DNA of 64,000 bases from Candidatus Sumerlaeia bacterium (lineage in GTDB: Bacteria > Sumerlaeota > Sumerlaeia > SLMS01 > JANRJK01): the NCBI GenBank assembly GCA_033764015.1, contig JANRJK010000013.1, positions 512,001 to 576,000 on the forward strand. Reading direction: 5' to 3'. The position numbers and the translations under genes are program-made. Positions 47,523 to 56,554 of the stretch are shown here, in pieces. How positions within the stretch are numbered: position 1 is the first letter of the stretch; every line of letters begins with the position of its first letter. The notes under the pieces are model-generated. The model was not told the origin of the DNA and searched no databases. It worked only from the letters and a program-made list of their open reading frames with translations.

Positions 47523-49493
47523 ATGGCCCAACCGAAGAAACCCGCCCGCCCGGCGGGAAGCATGCCCTTGGCCCGCACCCTCGGGCCCATCACCGACCTC
47601 GAACGGCACCTGCCGTCCGAGTGGTGGCGGACGCTTTTCAACAGCATCTACCTCAAGACGGACGGCGACGTCGTCGAGAACGACGGCAACACGCTCAAGG
47701 AGGTCGACCTCCTCGTTTCGCACGCCGGCCTCGAGAAGTCCGACCGCATCCTCGACCTCTGCTGCGGGCAGGGGCGCCACTGCATCGAGCTGGCCCGGCG
47801 CGGCTTCACCGCCGTCACGGGCATCGACCGGTCGCGCTACCTGGTGCGCCTCGCGCGGAAGCGCGCCCGCTCCCTCGGCCTCAACATCACCTTCAAGGAG
47901 GGTGACGCGCGCCGGTTCCAGCTCCCGCCCGCCAGCTTCGACTGCGTCGCCCTGATGGGGAACTCCTTCGGCTACTTCGACCGCGAAGAGGACGACCTCG
48001 CGGTCCTCACCGCGGTGCGCGAGACGCTCGCCTCCGAAGGCGCCGTCATCCTCGACATCGTCGACGGCACCTGGATGAAGGACCACTTCGAGCGGCGGAG
48101 CTGGGAGTGGATCGACCAGTCGCACTTCGTCTGCCGCGAGCGCTCGCTCGCCGCCGACCAGCGGCGCATCGTCTCGCGCGAAGTCGTGGTGCACGCCGAG
48201 CGCGGCGTCATCGCCGACCAGTTCTACGCCGAGCGCCTGTACACCGAGGCGTCGATCCGCGAGCTCCTCGAAGCGGCGGGCTTCCGCGGCGTGCGCCTCC
48301 ACGGCAAGGTGAACGCCGACTCGGACCGCGGGCAGGACCTCGGCATGATGGCGCACCGGCTCTTCATCGGCGCCACCGCCCCGCGCCGGGCGAAGCTGCC
48401 TCCGCCGGGACCGGTCCGCGCGCGCGACGTGACGGTGCTGCTCGGCGATCCGCGGCTCCCCGACTCCGTGAAGCTGGAGGGCCAGTTCAACGAGGCCGAC
48501 ATCGACACGGTGCGCAAGCTCCAGCGCGCCTGCGCGGAGGTCTCCGGCTACCGCTTCGAGTACTTCGACGAGCACGCCAAGCTGCTGGACCGGCTGCGCA
48601 ACCGCCCGCCGAAGTTCGTGCTGAACCTCTGCGACGAGGGTTTCCGCAACGACGCCTTCTTCGAGCTCCACGTGGCGGCGCTGCTCGAGATGTTCGGCAT
48701 CCCGTACAGCGGCGCCGGCCCGCAGGCGCTGGCGCTCTGCTACAACAAGAACCACGTCCGCGCCATCGCCGACTCCCTCGAGATCCCGGTCCCGGGCGAG
48801 ACCTTCGTCGATCCCGACGACCACCTGGCGACGATCCCTGCCACTTTCCCCGCGCTCGTGAAGCCGAACTACGGCGACAGCTCCGTCGGCATCACCGCCC
48901 GCGCGCTCGTCAACAACTCCGAGGAACTGGTCGCCTACCTCAACGAGGTCCGGACCCAGTTCCCCGGGCGCCCGATCCTCGTGCAGGAGTTCCTCTCCGG
49001 CGGCGAGTACACGGTGGGCCTGGTCGGCAACCCGGGCATGACGATGACCCCGCTGCCCATCATGGAGGTCGACTACTCCCGCCTCGATCCGGGCCTGCCC
49101 CCGATCCTCGGGTACGAGTCGAAGTGGGACCCCGCCTCGCCGTACTGGACGCAGCTCGCCTACCGCGAGGCGCAACTGGACGAGGACACGCAGCGCCGAC
49201 TGGTCGACGCCTCGACGCTCCTCTTCGAGCGCCTCGGCTGCCGCGACTACGCGCGCTTCGACTTCCGCGCCGACGCGAACGGGGTGATCAAGCTGCTCGA
49301 AGTCAACCCGAACCCGGGCTGGTGCTGGGACGGCAAGATGAACATCATGGCGGGCATGGCCGGGTACCGGTACCCGGACTTCCTGAAGATGATCCTCGAC
49401 GCCGCGTTCGAGCGCTACACCGCGGGCACCGCGACCGGCTCGCCGAACGACACGCCGCTGCCGGTCGAGTCCCTGCGCCCGGCGACGGTCTGA
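47523..49493 (+). CDS. Class I SAM methyltransferase fused to a D-Ala-D-Ala ligase-like ATP-grasp domain
   Basis: N-terminal ILDLCCGQGRH, GIDRS, EGDAR, MGNSFGYF. C-terminal FVLNLCDEG, IPYSG, FPALVKPNYGDSSVGI, LVQEFLSGGEYTV, YESKW, GCRDYARFDFR, LEVNPNPG. Confidence 0.88.
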   Translation: MAQPKKPARPAGSMPLARTLGPITDLERHLPSEWWRTLFNSIYLKTDGDVVENDGNTLKEVDLLVSHAGLEKSDRILDLCCGQGRHCIELARRGFTAVTGIDRSRYLVRLARKRARSLGLNITFKEGDARRFQLPPASFDCVALMGNSFGYFDREEDDLAVLTAVRETLASEGAVILDIVDGTWMKDHFERRSWEWIDQSHFVCRERSLAADQRRIVSREVVVHAERGVIADQFYAERLYTEASIRELLEAAGFRGVRLHGKVNADSDRGQDLGMMAHRLFIGATAPRRAKLPPPGPVRARDVTVLLGDPRLPDSVKLEGQFNEADIDTVRKLQRACAEVSGYRFEYFDEHAKLLDRLRNRPPKFVLNLCDEGFRNDAFFELHVAALLEMFGIPYSGAGPQALALCYNKNHVRAIADSLEIPVPGETFVDPDDHLATIPATFPALVKPNYGDSSVGITARALVNNSEELVAYLNEVRTQFPGRPILVQEFLSGGEYTVGLVGNPGMTMTPLPIMEVDYSRLDPGLPPILGYESKWDPASPYWTQLAYREAQLDEDTQRRLVDASTLLFERLGCRDYARFDFRADANGVIKLLEVNPNPGWCWDGKMNIMAGMAGYRYPDFLKMILDAAFERYTAGTATGSPNDTPLPVESLRPATV

Positions 49494-49592
49494 GCATCCA
49501 CGCCGCCCACGGGGCGCCCGCCGCGGGCGGGCGCCCCCGCGCTTGACTCTCTGCGCCTTGCGCCGCGCCCTTGGGCGGGGGAGCATCCGCCC

Positions 49593-49907
49593 ATGGACAG
49601 AATCGAGCAGCTCGAGCAGTTCGCAGCCGACGAGCCGGACGACGCGCTCACCCATTTCCTGCTGGGGCGCGAGTACATGAACGCGAAGCGCTGGGAGGAC
49701 GCGGTCCGCGTCCTGGCCCGCTGCGTCGAGCTGGACCCCGACTACACCGCGGCGGTGAAGGCGCTGGCCGATTCGCTCCGCCTCGCGGGGCGCGCGGACG
49801 ACGCCGCCATCGCGTACCGGCAAGGCATCGCCACCGCCGAGCGCACCGGAGACCTGCAAGTGAAGAAGGAATGCCAGGCCTTCCTCAACCGGCTGGAAGG
49901 CGCATGA
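49593..49907 (+). CDS. Small tetratricopeptide-repeat protein
   Basis: RIEQL...PDDALTHFLLGREY...ELDPDYTAA...A...YRQGI..A...GD. Confidence 0.85.
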   Translation: MDRIEQLEQFAADEPDDALTHFLLGREYMNAKRWEDAVRVLARCVELDPDYTAAVKALADSLRLAGRADDAAIAYRQGIATAERTGDLQVKKECQAFLNRLEGA

Positions 49908-50938
49908 ACGCGACCGCCGCCGCCAAGCGCCCCGCTGTGCAGCTCTCCACCGTCATCCCCGTGTACAACGAGGAGGAGTCGCTCCCGGCGCTCCACAAGC
50001 GCCTCACCAAGGTGCTCTCCAACATCACCGACGACTACGAAATCGTGCTCGTGGACGACGGCAGTCGCGACCGCTCCGCGGAGATCATCGAGTCGCTCGC
50101 CGCGCAGGACCCGCACGTCGTGGGCATCCTGCTCTCGCGGAACTTCGGCCACCAGATCGCGCTTACCGCCGGCCTGGACCACGCCCGCGGCGACGCCATC
50201 GCCATGATGGACGCGGACCTGCAGGACCCGCCCGAGCTGCTGCCGCGCATGTTGAAGCGCATCGCCGAGGGCTACGACGTGGTGTACGCGCAGCGCCGCA
50301 AGCGCGCTGGCGAGTCTCCCTTCAAGCTCTTCACCGCGGCCCTTTTCTACCGTCTTCTCCGCTCGCTGACCAAAGTGGACATCCCGCTCGACACCGGCGA
50401 CTTCCGCGTCATCAACCGCGTGGCGCTCGACAGCGTCCTGTCGCTCCGGGAGCGGAACCGCTTCCTGCGCGGCATGTTCAGTTGGGTGGGCTTCCGCCAG
50501 ACCGGCGTGCTCTACAACCGCGCCGCGCGGCACGCGGGCGAGACCAAGTACCCGCTGAAGAAGATGGTCCGCCTCGCCATCGACGGCATCACGTCCTTCA
50601 GCCACCTGCCGCTCCAGTTCGCCACCTGGCTGGGCTTCACGTTCGCGCTTCTGGGCGCCGCGTACGGCATGCGCGTGCTGTACGTGTGGTCCCTCGGCGG
50701 CGCGGTGCAGGGCTGGGCCTCCACGGTGCTGACGGTGCTGGTGCTGGGTGGCGTGCAGCTCGTGACGCTCGGCATCATCGGTGAGTATGTGGGCCGGATC
50801 CTCGACGAATCGCGCAGGCGGCCGCTCTACTTCGTGCGCCGCGTCGCGCACCGGGACGCCCCCCCCGCGCCGGCGCCGCCGGCCGCCTCGTTGGTCGGCG
50901 ATCTGGACGAGGACGACGAGGAAGATCCCTCGCCGTGA
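49904..50938 (+). CDS. GT2 polyprenol-phosphate glycosyltransferase (GtrB/ArnC-like)
   Basis: VIPVYNEE, VDDGSRD, LSRNFGHQ.A..AGL, MDADLQDPP, GDFR, RFLRG, GETKY, two C-terminal TM segments, GEYVGRI. ATGA overlap with the TPR gene. Confidence 0.92.
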   Translation: MNATAAAKRPAVQLSTVIPVYNEEESLPALHKRLTKVLSNITDDYEIVLVDDGSRDRSAEIIESLAAQDPHVVGILLSRNFGHQIALTAGLDHARGDAIAMMDADLQDPPELLPRMLKRIAEGYDVVYAQRRKRAGESPFKLFTAALFYRLLRSLTKVDIPLDTGDFRVINRVALDSVLSLRERNRFLRGMFSWVGFRQTGVLYNRAARHAGETKYPLKKMVRLAIDGITSFSHLPLQFATWLGFTFALLGAAYGMRVLYVWSLGGAVQGWASTVLTVLVLGGVQLVTLGIIGEYVGRILDESRRRPLYFVRRVAHRDAPPAPAPPAASLVGDLDEDDEEDPSP

Positions 50939-52116
50939 AGCCGCGGAGCTGGCTGTTCTTCAACTACGAGTTCCCTCCCGTCGGTGGCGGCGGTGGAACG
51001 TGTTCGATGTACCTCGCGAAGGAGTTGGCGCGCGCCGGACACCGAGTCGTAGTGCTCACGGCCGCCTTCGGCGAGCTTCCGCGCCGCGAGGAGCGCGACG
51101 GCTACCTGGTCCGGCGCATCCCAGCGCTCCGGGCCATGGCGGGCCAGTGCCGCCCCTACGAAATGGCGAGCTACGCCGCTTCCGCGTTCTTCTCGGCGCT
51201 CTTCCGCGGCCGCCGGCCCGACTATCTGGCCAGCTTCCATTCGATCCCGTCCGGCATGCCCGCGTGGCCGCTTTCGGTGCTCTGGGGCCGCCCGCACTTC
51301 GTCCTGTTCCAAGGCGGCGATGTGCCCGGCTGGCTGCCAGGGGAACTCGAGAAGATGCACGCCCGCACGCTTTGGCTGAACCGCCTCATCGTGCACCAGT
51401 CGGCGCTCGCGCTGGCGAACAGCGACGGCCTGCGGGACTTGGCCCAGCCTTCGTTCCCGAAGAAGCGCATCGGCGTCCTGTACGGCGGCGCCGATCCCGA
51501 TGTTTACGCCCCCCCGGAGTCCCCCCGCGAGGGGCGGACAGGCCCCTGCCGCTTCCTCTTCGTTGGACGCCTAACCACACAGAAGGGGCTCGACACGCTC
51601 TTGCGCGCGCTCGCCGCGGCGCGGCGCGAGGACCCAGGCCTCGAGTGGTCCCTGGACGTCGCGGGCGACGGACCGCGGCGCGGCGAGTTCGAGGAGATCG
51701 CGCGCCGCGAGTCGCTCACGGACCGCGTCGTGTTCCACGGGTTCGTCGACCGGTCGCAGGGGCGCCTGCTTTACGACGCGGCGGACGTGTTCGCGTTCCC
51801 GTCGCGCTACGAGGGGATGCCGAACGTGGTGCTCGAGGCGATGGCCTGCGGGTTGCCGGTGATCGGCACGCGGATCGCGGGGACGGAGCAGCTCGTCGAG
51901 CCCGGAGTGAACGGCGAACTGCTGGCGGTGGACGACACGGGGGCGCTCGCCGGGGCGTGTCTCCGCTTGGCCCGCGACCGCGCGCTCCGGACCAAGATGG
52001 GCGGGGCGTCGCGGGCGCTCGTGCTGGAGAAGTGGACTTGGGCCGCCCGCGCGGCCGAGCTGGCGCGCCTCGCGGAAGCGGAAGGCCGCGCGCACCGACA
52101 AGGAGCGGAACGATGA
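50935..52116 (+). CDS. GT4 family glycosyltransferase
   Basis: NYEFPPVGGG, FVGRLTTQKG, PSRYEGMPNVVLEAMACGLPVI. Confidence 0.92.
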   Translation: MKPRSWLFFNYEFPPVGGGGGTCSMYLAKELARAGHRVVVLTAAFGELPRREERDGYLVRRIPALRAMAGQCRPYEMASYAASAFFSALFRGRRPDYLASFHSIPSGMPAWPLSVLWGRPHFVLFQGGDVPGWLPGELEKMHARTLWLNRLIVHQSALALANSDGLRDLAQPSFPKKRIGVLYGGADPDVYAPPESPREGRTGPCRFLFVGRLTTQKGLDTLLRALAAARREDPGLEWSLDVAGDGPRRGEFEEIARRESLTDRVVFHGFVDRSQGRLLYDAADVFAFPSRYEGMPNVVLEAMACGLPVIGTRIAGTEQLVEPGVNGELLAVDDTGALAGACLRLARDRALRTKMGGASRALVLEKWTWAARAAELARLAEAEGRAHRQGAER

Positions 52117-52880
52117 AGGGCGTCGTACTTGCGGGCGGGCTCGGCACACGCCTCTACCCGCTCACGAAGATCACGAACAAGCACCTGCTGCCGGTCTACA
52201 ACCGGCCGATGATCCACTGGCCGCTCCTCGCGCTGGTCGAAGCCGGCGTGCAGGACATCATGATCGTCACCGGCGGCAGCTTCGCCGGCGCCTTCCTCCA
52301 GCTCCTCGGGAACGGGCGGGAATTCGGCCTCCGCGACATCCACTACACCTACCAGGAAGGCGAAGGCGGCATCGCCGAGGCGCTCTCCCTCGCGGAGCAC
52401 TTCGTCGACGGCGACCGCGTGGTCGTCATCCTGGGCGACAACATCTTCGAGCACTCGATCCGCCCCTACGCCGACGCCTTCGCGGCGCAGAAGAGCGGCG
52501 CGCGCATCGTGCTCTCCGAGGTCCCCGACCCGCAGCGCTTCGGCGTCCCCGCCTTCGACGCGAACAAGCGGATCACCAACATCATCGAAAAGCCCACGCA
52601 GCCCCCCAGCAACTACGCGGTCGCCGGCATCTACATGTACGACGAGTACGTCTGGGAAGTGATCCGCACGCTGAAGCCGTCGGACCGCGGGGAACTGGAA
52701 ATCACCGACGTGAACAACGCGTACCTGCGGCGCGGCGACCTGGAGTACTCCGTGATGAAGGGCTGGTGGACCGACGCCGGCACCTTCGACAGCCTCCTTT
52801 CCGCCAGCCACAAGGTGCACGACCGCGAGGCGAAGGAGCCCTTCGCCAAGTTCCTCCGCACGGAGCACCGCGACGGCTGA
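52113..52880 (+). CDS. Sugar-1-phosphate nucleotidylyltransferase (glucose-1-phosphate thymidylyltransferase, RmlA/SpsI-like)
   Basis: MKGVVLAGGLGTRLYPLT..TNKHLLPVY.RPMI, ILGDNIF, EKP, PSDRGELEITDVN, WTDAGT. AGGAG RBS. Confidence 0.88.
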   Translation: MKGVVLAGGLGTRLYPLTKITNKHLLPVYNRPMIHWPLLALVEAGVQDIMIVTGGSFAGAFLQLLGNGREFGLRDIHYTYQEGEGGIAEALSLAEHFVDGDRVVVILGDNIFEHSIRPYADAFAAQKSGARIVLSEVPDPQRFGVPAFDANKRITNIIEKPTQPPSNYAVAGIYMYDEYVWEVIRTLKPSDRGELEITDVNNAYLRRGDLEYSVMKGWWTDAGTFDSLLSASHKVHDREAKEPFAKFLRTEHRDG

Positions 52881-53013
52881 CCCCGCCGCCCCCGCCGGGG
52901 CGCCCGGGGCGCCGCTGCGGCTCGGCTTCTCGCTCGCGCCGGGAGCGCTTTCGCGCGAGGCGTTCCTGCGCCTCGCCGAGCCCGTCCTGCGCCGGTGCGG
53001 CATCGCGTGCTGG

Positions 53014-54342
53014 GTGCTCGTCCCGCCTGCGCACGCGGACGTCGTGGTCGCGTACGGCGAGCGCGCCTACTCGCCTTCCGACCGGCCGGCGATCCGCTTC
53101 CTCCACGTCGACACTTCGCTCGCGCCGGGCGGCATGCGCGACACCGCGCGGCGATTCCTCGCCCGTGTCGCCCCCGCTCCCGACGCCGCCGCGATCCGGC
53201 CGCTGCTCTTCCACGGCGACACCCACGTCTCGCGGGCGGCCTTCGACCTCTTCGCCATCGCGCGCTGGATCCTCGACCGCGAAGAGGAGCGCGACGCCCG
53301 CGCATCCGACGAACACGGGCGCTACCCGCCGGAGGAATCGGTCCTCGCCAGGGCGGGCCTGCTGGACCGCCCGGTCGTCGACGAATGCTGCCATGCCTTC
53401 GGGCTCGAGCTGTGGCGCCTCGCCGGACGCCCGGCGTCGGCGTCCCCGGCGGGGGAGTGGACGCTCTCCGTCACCCTCGATGTGGACTCCGACGGCATGT
53501 TCCTCGGGCGACGCGGGCTGCGCACCATTCGCGACGCGGCAACGACGACCGGCCCCGGCCTCACCCGCGTGGCGCTCGCCGGCGCGCTCACGCTCGCGCG
53601 CCTGCGCCCCGACCCGCATCTCAGGATCGGCGAACTCTCCGAGCAACTCGCCGCCCTCGGCGTCCCCGCGACGTTCTTCGTGCAGACGCACCGCGCGCAC
53701 GCGCTCGACAGCTACGCTCTGACGGCGGGATCGCCGCTGCTGCCGCCGCTCCGCCGCGCGCGCGCCCTCGGGCACGACATCGCCCTCCATTCAAGCGCTG
53801 CCGGCCTCGACGGCGGCCCAAGCCTCGCCGCCCAGTTCCGCCGCCTACGCGCCCGTGGTCTCGACCCAGCCCCGCTGGTGCGCGCCCACTACCTTCGGAC
53901 CCGCGCCCATGGCGCGTGGACGGCCACGCCCCTCGCCGACAGCAGTCTTGCCTACGGCGCGCGCTGCGGATTCCGCACCGGCACGTGCACCCCGCACCGC
54001 CTCCCCGCCTCCCATGCCGACGGCGGATGGGAACTGCCTCCGTGCGCAATGGACAGCACGCTGCGCCACTTCGAGAACCTCGGCCCCGAATCAGCCTTCA
54101 AACGGATGACCGCCCTCCTGGAACGGGTTCGGGCCCTGGGAGGACTTGGCGTCTTGATCGTCCATCCGCAAAACCTCGAACCGCTCTTCTGGCCGGGCTG
54201 GCGCGAGCTGCTGGTGGACGTGGTGCAGTGGGCAGTGGAGAACGGCGCGCGTATTGCTTCACTCCCAAAGGCGCTCGCCGAAGCGAAGGAAACCCGCCGA
54301 GAGACCCTGCGCCGACTGAATGGGGACGTGCTCGGAGTGTAA
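53014..54342 (+). CDS. Polysaccharide deacetylase-like (CE4-fold) protein
   Basis: DEHGRYP, RPVVDE, SVTLDVD, ATFFV, DIALH, RAHYLR, DSSLAY...GFRTGTC.P, MDSTL, VHP. The frame is open further upstream without a canonical start. Confidence 0.7.
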   Translation: MLVPPAHADVVVAYGERAYSPSDRPAIRFLHVDTSLAPGGMRDTARRFLARVAPAPDAAAIRPLLFHGDTHVSRAAFDLFAIARWILDREEERDARASDEHGRYPPEESVLARAGLLDRPVVDECCHAFGLELWRLAGRPASASPAGEWTLSVTLDVDSDGMFLGRRGLRTIRDAATTTGPGLTRVALAGALTLARLRPDPHLRIGELSEQLAALGVPATFFVQTHRAHALDSYALTAGSPLLPPLRRARALGHDIALHSSAAGLDGGPSLAAQFRRLRARGLDPAPLVRAHYLRTRAHGAWTATPLADSSLAYGARCGFRTGTCTPHRLPASHADGGWELPPCAMDSTLRHFENLGPESAFKRMTALLERVRALGGLGVLIVHPQNLEPLFWPGWRELLVDVVQWAVENGARIASLPKALAEAKETRRETLRRLNGDVLGV

Positions 54343-54449
54343 TGGAAGTCGTCCGGCCGGAAGCCCGCACTCCGTTTTCGACTTTGACTTCCAACCAGCC
54401 GGCGGGGTTTGACACTACTAAGCGGATCCGGGCGAAAGGAGTCCCCACG

Positions 54450-55295
54450 ATGCGGCTTCGGCACCTCACCAGCTTCCTCTTGGCGACATCGGCAGCGGCC
54501 GCCTTGAGCGCCCCGCTCTTCGCGAACACGACCAATACCGCGCCCGAGGCCCAGCACTCCCTCGTCCGCGCGACGCCCACGCCCGCTTCCCTCGGCAACG
54601 CCGCCGAGGACACCGATGGCGACGGGATCCCGGATGGCGTCGATTGCTGCCCCTACGTCTACAATCCGGACCAGGCGGACTTGGATGGCGACGGGTTCGG
54701 CAACGTCTGCGACGACGATGCGGATGGCGATGGCGTTCGGAACGCTTTGGACAACTGCCCGCTGGTCGCGAACCCGAACCAGATGGACCGCGACCGCGAT
54801 GGCCTTGGCGATCTGTGCGACGACGACGCGGATGGCGACGGCATCGTCAATTGGGTGGACCAGTACCCCTTCGATTCCCGGCCGGAAGGTCCCGACGGCG
54901 CCCGGAACGACGGCGCCTCCGTGATGGCGGACCTGCGCGGAGCCCTCGGACAGGACGCACTCGTGAGGCTCGTCCTGCCGGACGGGGCACGCGCGCCGGA
55001 GCTCCCGAACCTCAACCTCGTCAGCGACCGCCCTGCGGCGGAGCAGGCCCGCGCCCGCGCCCTCCAATACGAGGCGCTCCGCCTGCACCTCCAGGCTTGG
55101 CGCTTCGAGAACGCAGCGGAGGCGCCGCCCGCTGAGGGATTTGCGCGCCGCGAGGCCGCCGCGACCGCCAGCGGACCCACGCTCCCCGAGCTGCCGCGCA
55201 CCGGAATCAAGGCGCGCCTCGGCGGACTCTGGGATGATGTGACTTCCGCGGCGTCCTTCGTCCGCCGTTCCCTAGACACCGACCACCGCTTCTAG
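54450..55295 (+). CDS. Secreted thrombospondin type-3 (Ca-binding) repeat protein
   Basis: AAGGAG RBS and signal peptide; DTDGDGIPDGVDCCPYVYNPDQADLDGDGFGNVCD / DADGDGVRNALDNCPLVANPNQMDRDRDGLGDLCD. Confidence 0.85.
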   Translation: MRLRHLTSFLLATSAAAALSAPLFANTTNTAPEAQHSLVRATPTPASLGNAAEDTDGDGIPDGVDCCPYVYNPDQADLDGDGFGNVCDDDADGDGVRNALDNCPLVANPNQMDRDRDGLGDLCDDDADGDGIVNWVDQYPFDSRPEGPDGARNDGASVMADLRGALGQDALVRLVLPDGARAPELPNLNLVSDRPAAEQARARALQYEALRLHLQAWRFENAAEAPPAEGFARREAAATASGPTLPELPRTGIKARLGGLWDDVTSAASFVRRSLDTDHRF

Positions 55296-55464
55296 CCGCA
55301 TCCAGACTGGCCAAATCCCCGGGACGAGAGCCCCGGGGATTTCCGCCTTGTCCGATAATGGTTGAGTGGCCGGAGCGCTTGTGCATCATGGGGTCCGAGT
55401 GAAGACACGCACAGGGCACGCGTGAGACGCGCCCGCATCCGAATTCCCCAAGGAGTCCCCACCC

Positions 55465-55812
55465 ATGGCCGACCAGGAACTGGCAGTCACCCCCGAGATC
55501 ATCGAGAACGGCCACGCATCGAGCATGGCGGACAAGGCGGCGGCCGCGCGCGAGCGGGCCCGCAAGGCCGCCGAATCGCTGAAGGAGAAGGCCGCCGAGA
55601 CGGCGCATGTCGTTCGCGAGCGCGCCCATGAAGTCGCCGAAAAGGCGACGCATCAGGCGCAGGAAGCGTGGGAAGTCGTCAGCGACACTTCGCTTCGCGA
55701 CGTCGAGGCCGCCACGACGAAGTATGTCCGCGCGCACCCGGGCCGCAGCCTCCTCATGGCCGCCGGCGTGGGTCTGGTCGCCGGCCTCCTGATCGCCGGT
55801 CGCCGCCGCTAG
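55465..55812 (+). CDS. ElaB/YqjD/DUF883 family membrane-anchored ribosome-binding protein
   Basis: Charged helical N-terminus, then YVRAHPGRSLLMAAGVGLVAGLLIAGRRR. AAGGAG RBS. Confidence 0.85.
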   Translation: MADQELAVTPEIIENGHASSMADKAAAARERARKAAESLKEKAAETAHVVRERAHEVAEKATHQAQEAWEVVSDTSLRDVEAATTKYVRAHPGRSLLMAAGVGLVAGLLIAGRRR

Positions 55813-55818
55813 GCGACG

Positions 55819-56241
55819 ATGAACAATCAGCCCACCGGTGCGGGGGCCGATCCGGCCCCCGCACCGAACGCCGCGCTCCCCGGCGCGGACCGCGCTGGTT
55901 CGCCCGAAGCGGAGCGGCTCCTCGCGGAACTGCGCGCGCTCCTCCGCGAGGTCGCGCCTCTGCGGGACGACTTGGTTGCGTACCTGCGCGCGGAGGGGCG
56001 CCTCGCCGCGTTCGTGGCCGCGGAGAAGGCCCGCCTCGGTGCTCTCCGGTTCGGGCTGGGCGCGGCCGCCGCGGTTTGCCTGCTAGTCTGCTGGGTCTTC
56101 CTTGGCGTGCTGCTTTGGCGCGCGGCGGGGTTGGTTCCCGGCTGGCGGCTGCTTCAGCCCGCCGTCCTGATCGCCCAGCATGCGGTCGCCGCCGGATGGG
56201 CGCTCAGGGTCGCATCGAAGCTCCATTTGAAAGAGGATTAG
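55819..56241 (+). CDS. Two-TM membrane protein, positional YqjE-like
   Basis: Follows the DUF883 gene; amphipathic helix plus two hydrophobic segments. Confidence 0.6.
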   Translation: MNNQPTGAGADPAPAPNAALPGADRAGSPEAERLLAELRALLREVAPLRDDLVAYLRAEGRLAAFVAAEKARLGALRFGLGAAAAVCLLVCWVFLGVLLWRAAGLVPGWRLLQPAVLIAQHAVAAGWALRVASKLHLKED

Positions 56242-56245
56242 CGCC

Positions 56246-56554
56246 ATGCCGCTTTCGGTCCGCCAAGCCGAGTACCTGAAGCTGCGCGACGAGGCGGTCG
56301 CGGGCCGCGCGCGGCTCGAGGGCCACCGCGCACCGCTCGCGGAGCGATGCCGCTCAACCGCGGGAGCCGCCCGCGAGGCGGCCGAAGCCCATCCGGTGGC
56401 GGCGGTTGCGATCACCGCAGGCGCGGGTCTGGTGGTCGCGGCGCTGCTGACGTCGCCGACCATCCGGCGAGGCGCGGGACTTCTCGGCACCGGCCTGCTG
56501 CGGCTGCCGAAGGCGGGTCTGCTGGGCTTGCTGGCGGCCGGGCGCGACGACTAG
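56246..56554 (+). CDS. Small membrane protein, positional YqjK/DUF3618-like
   Basis: Third gene of the trio; HPVAAVAITAGAGLVVAALL TM segment. Confidence 0.55.
   Translation: MPLSVRQAEYLKLRDEAVAGRARLEGHRAPLAERCRSTAGAAREAAEAHPVAAVAITAGAGLVVAALLTSPTIRRGAGLLGTGLLRLPKAGLLGLLAAGRDD

Noticed and set aside
52995..54449. Long N-terminal extension of the TSP3 protein (766-aa ORF)
   Set aside because: It overlaps the deacetylase gene in another frame. A strong RBS and signal peptide mark 54450 as the start.
55819..56241. Phage holin interpretation of the YqjE-like gene
   Set aside because: The context is the chromosomal ElaB/YqjD-E-K-like trio, with no endolysin or other phage genes.
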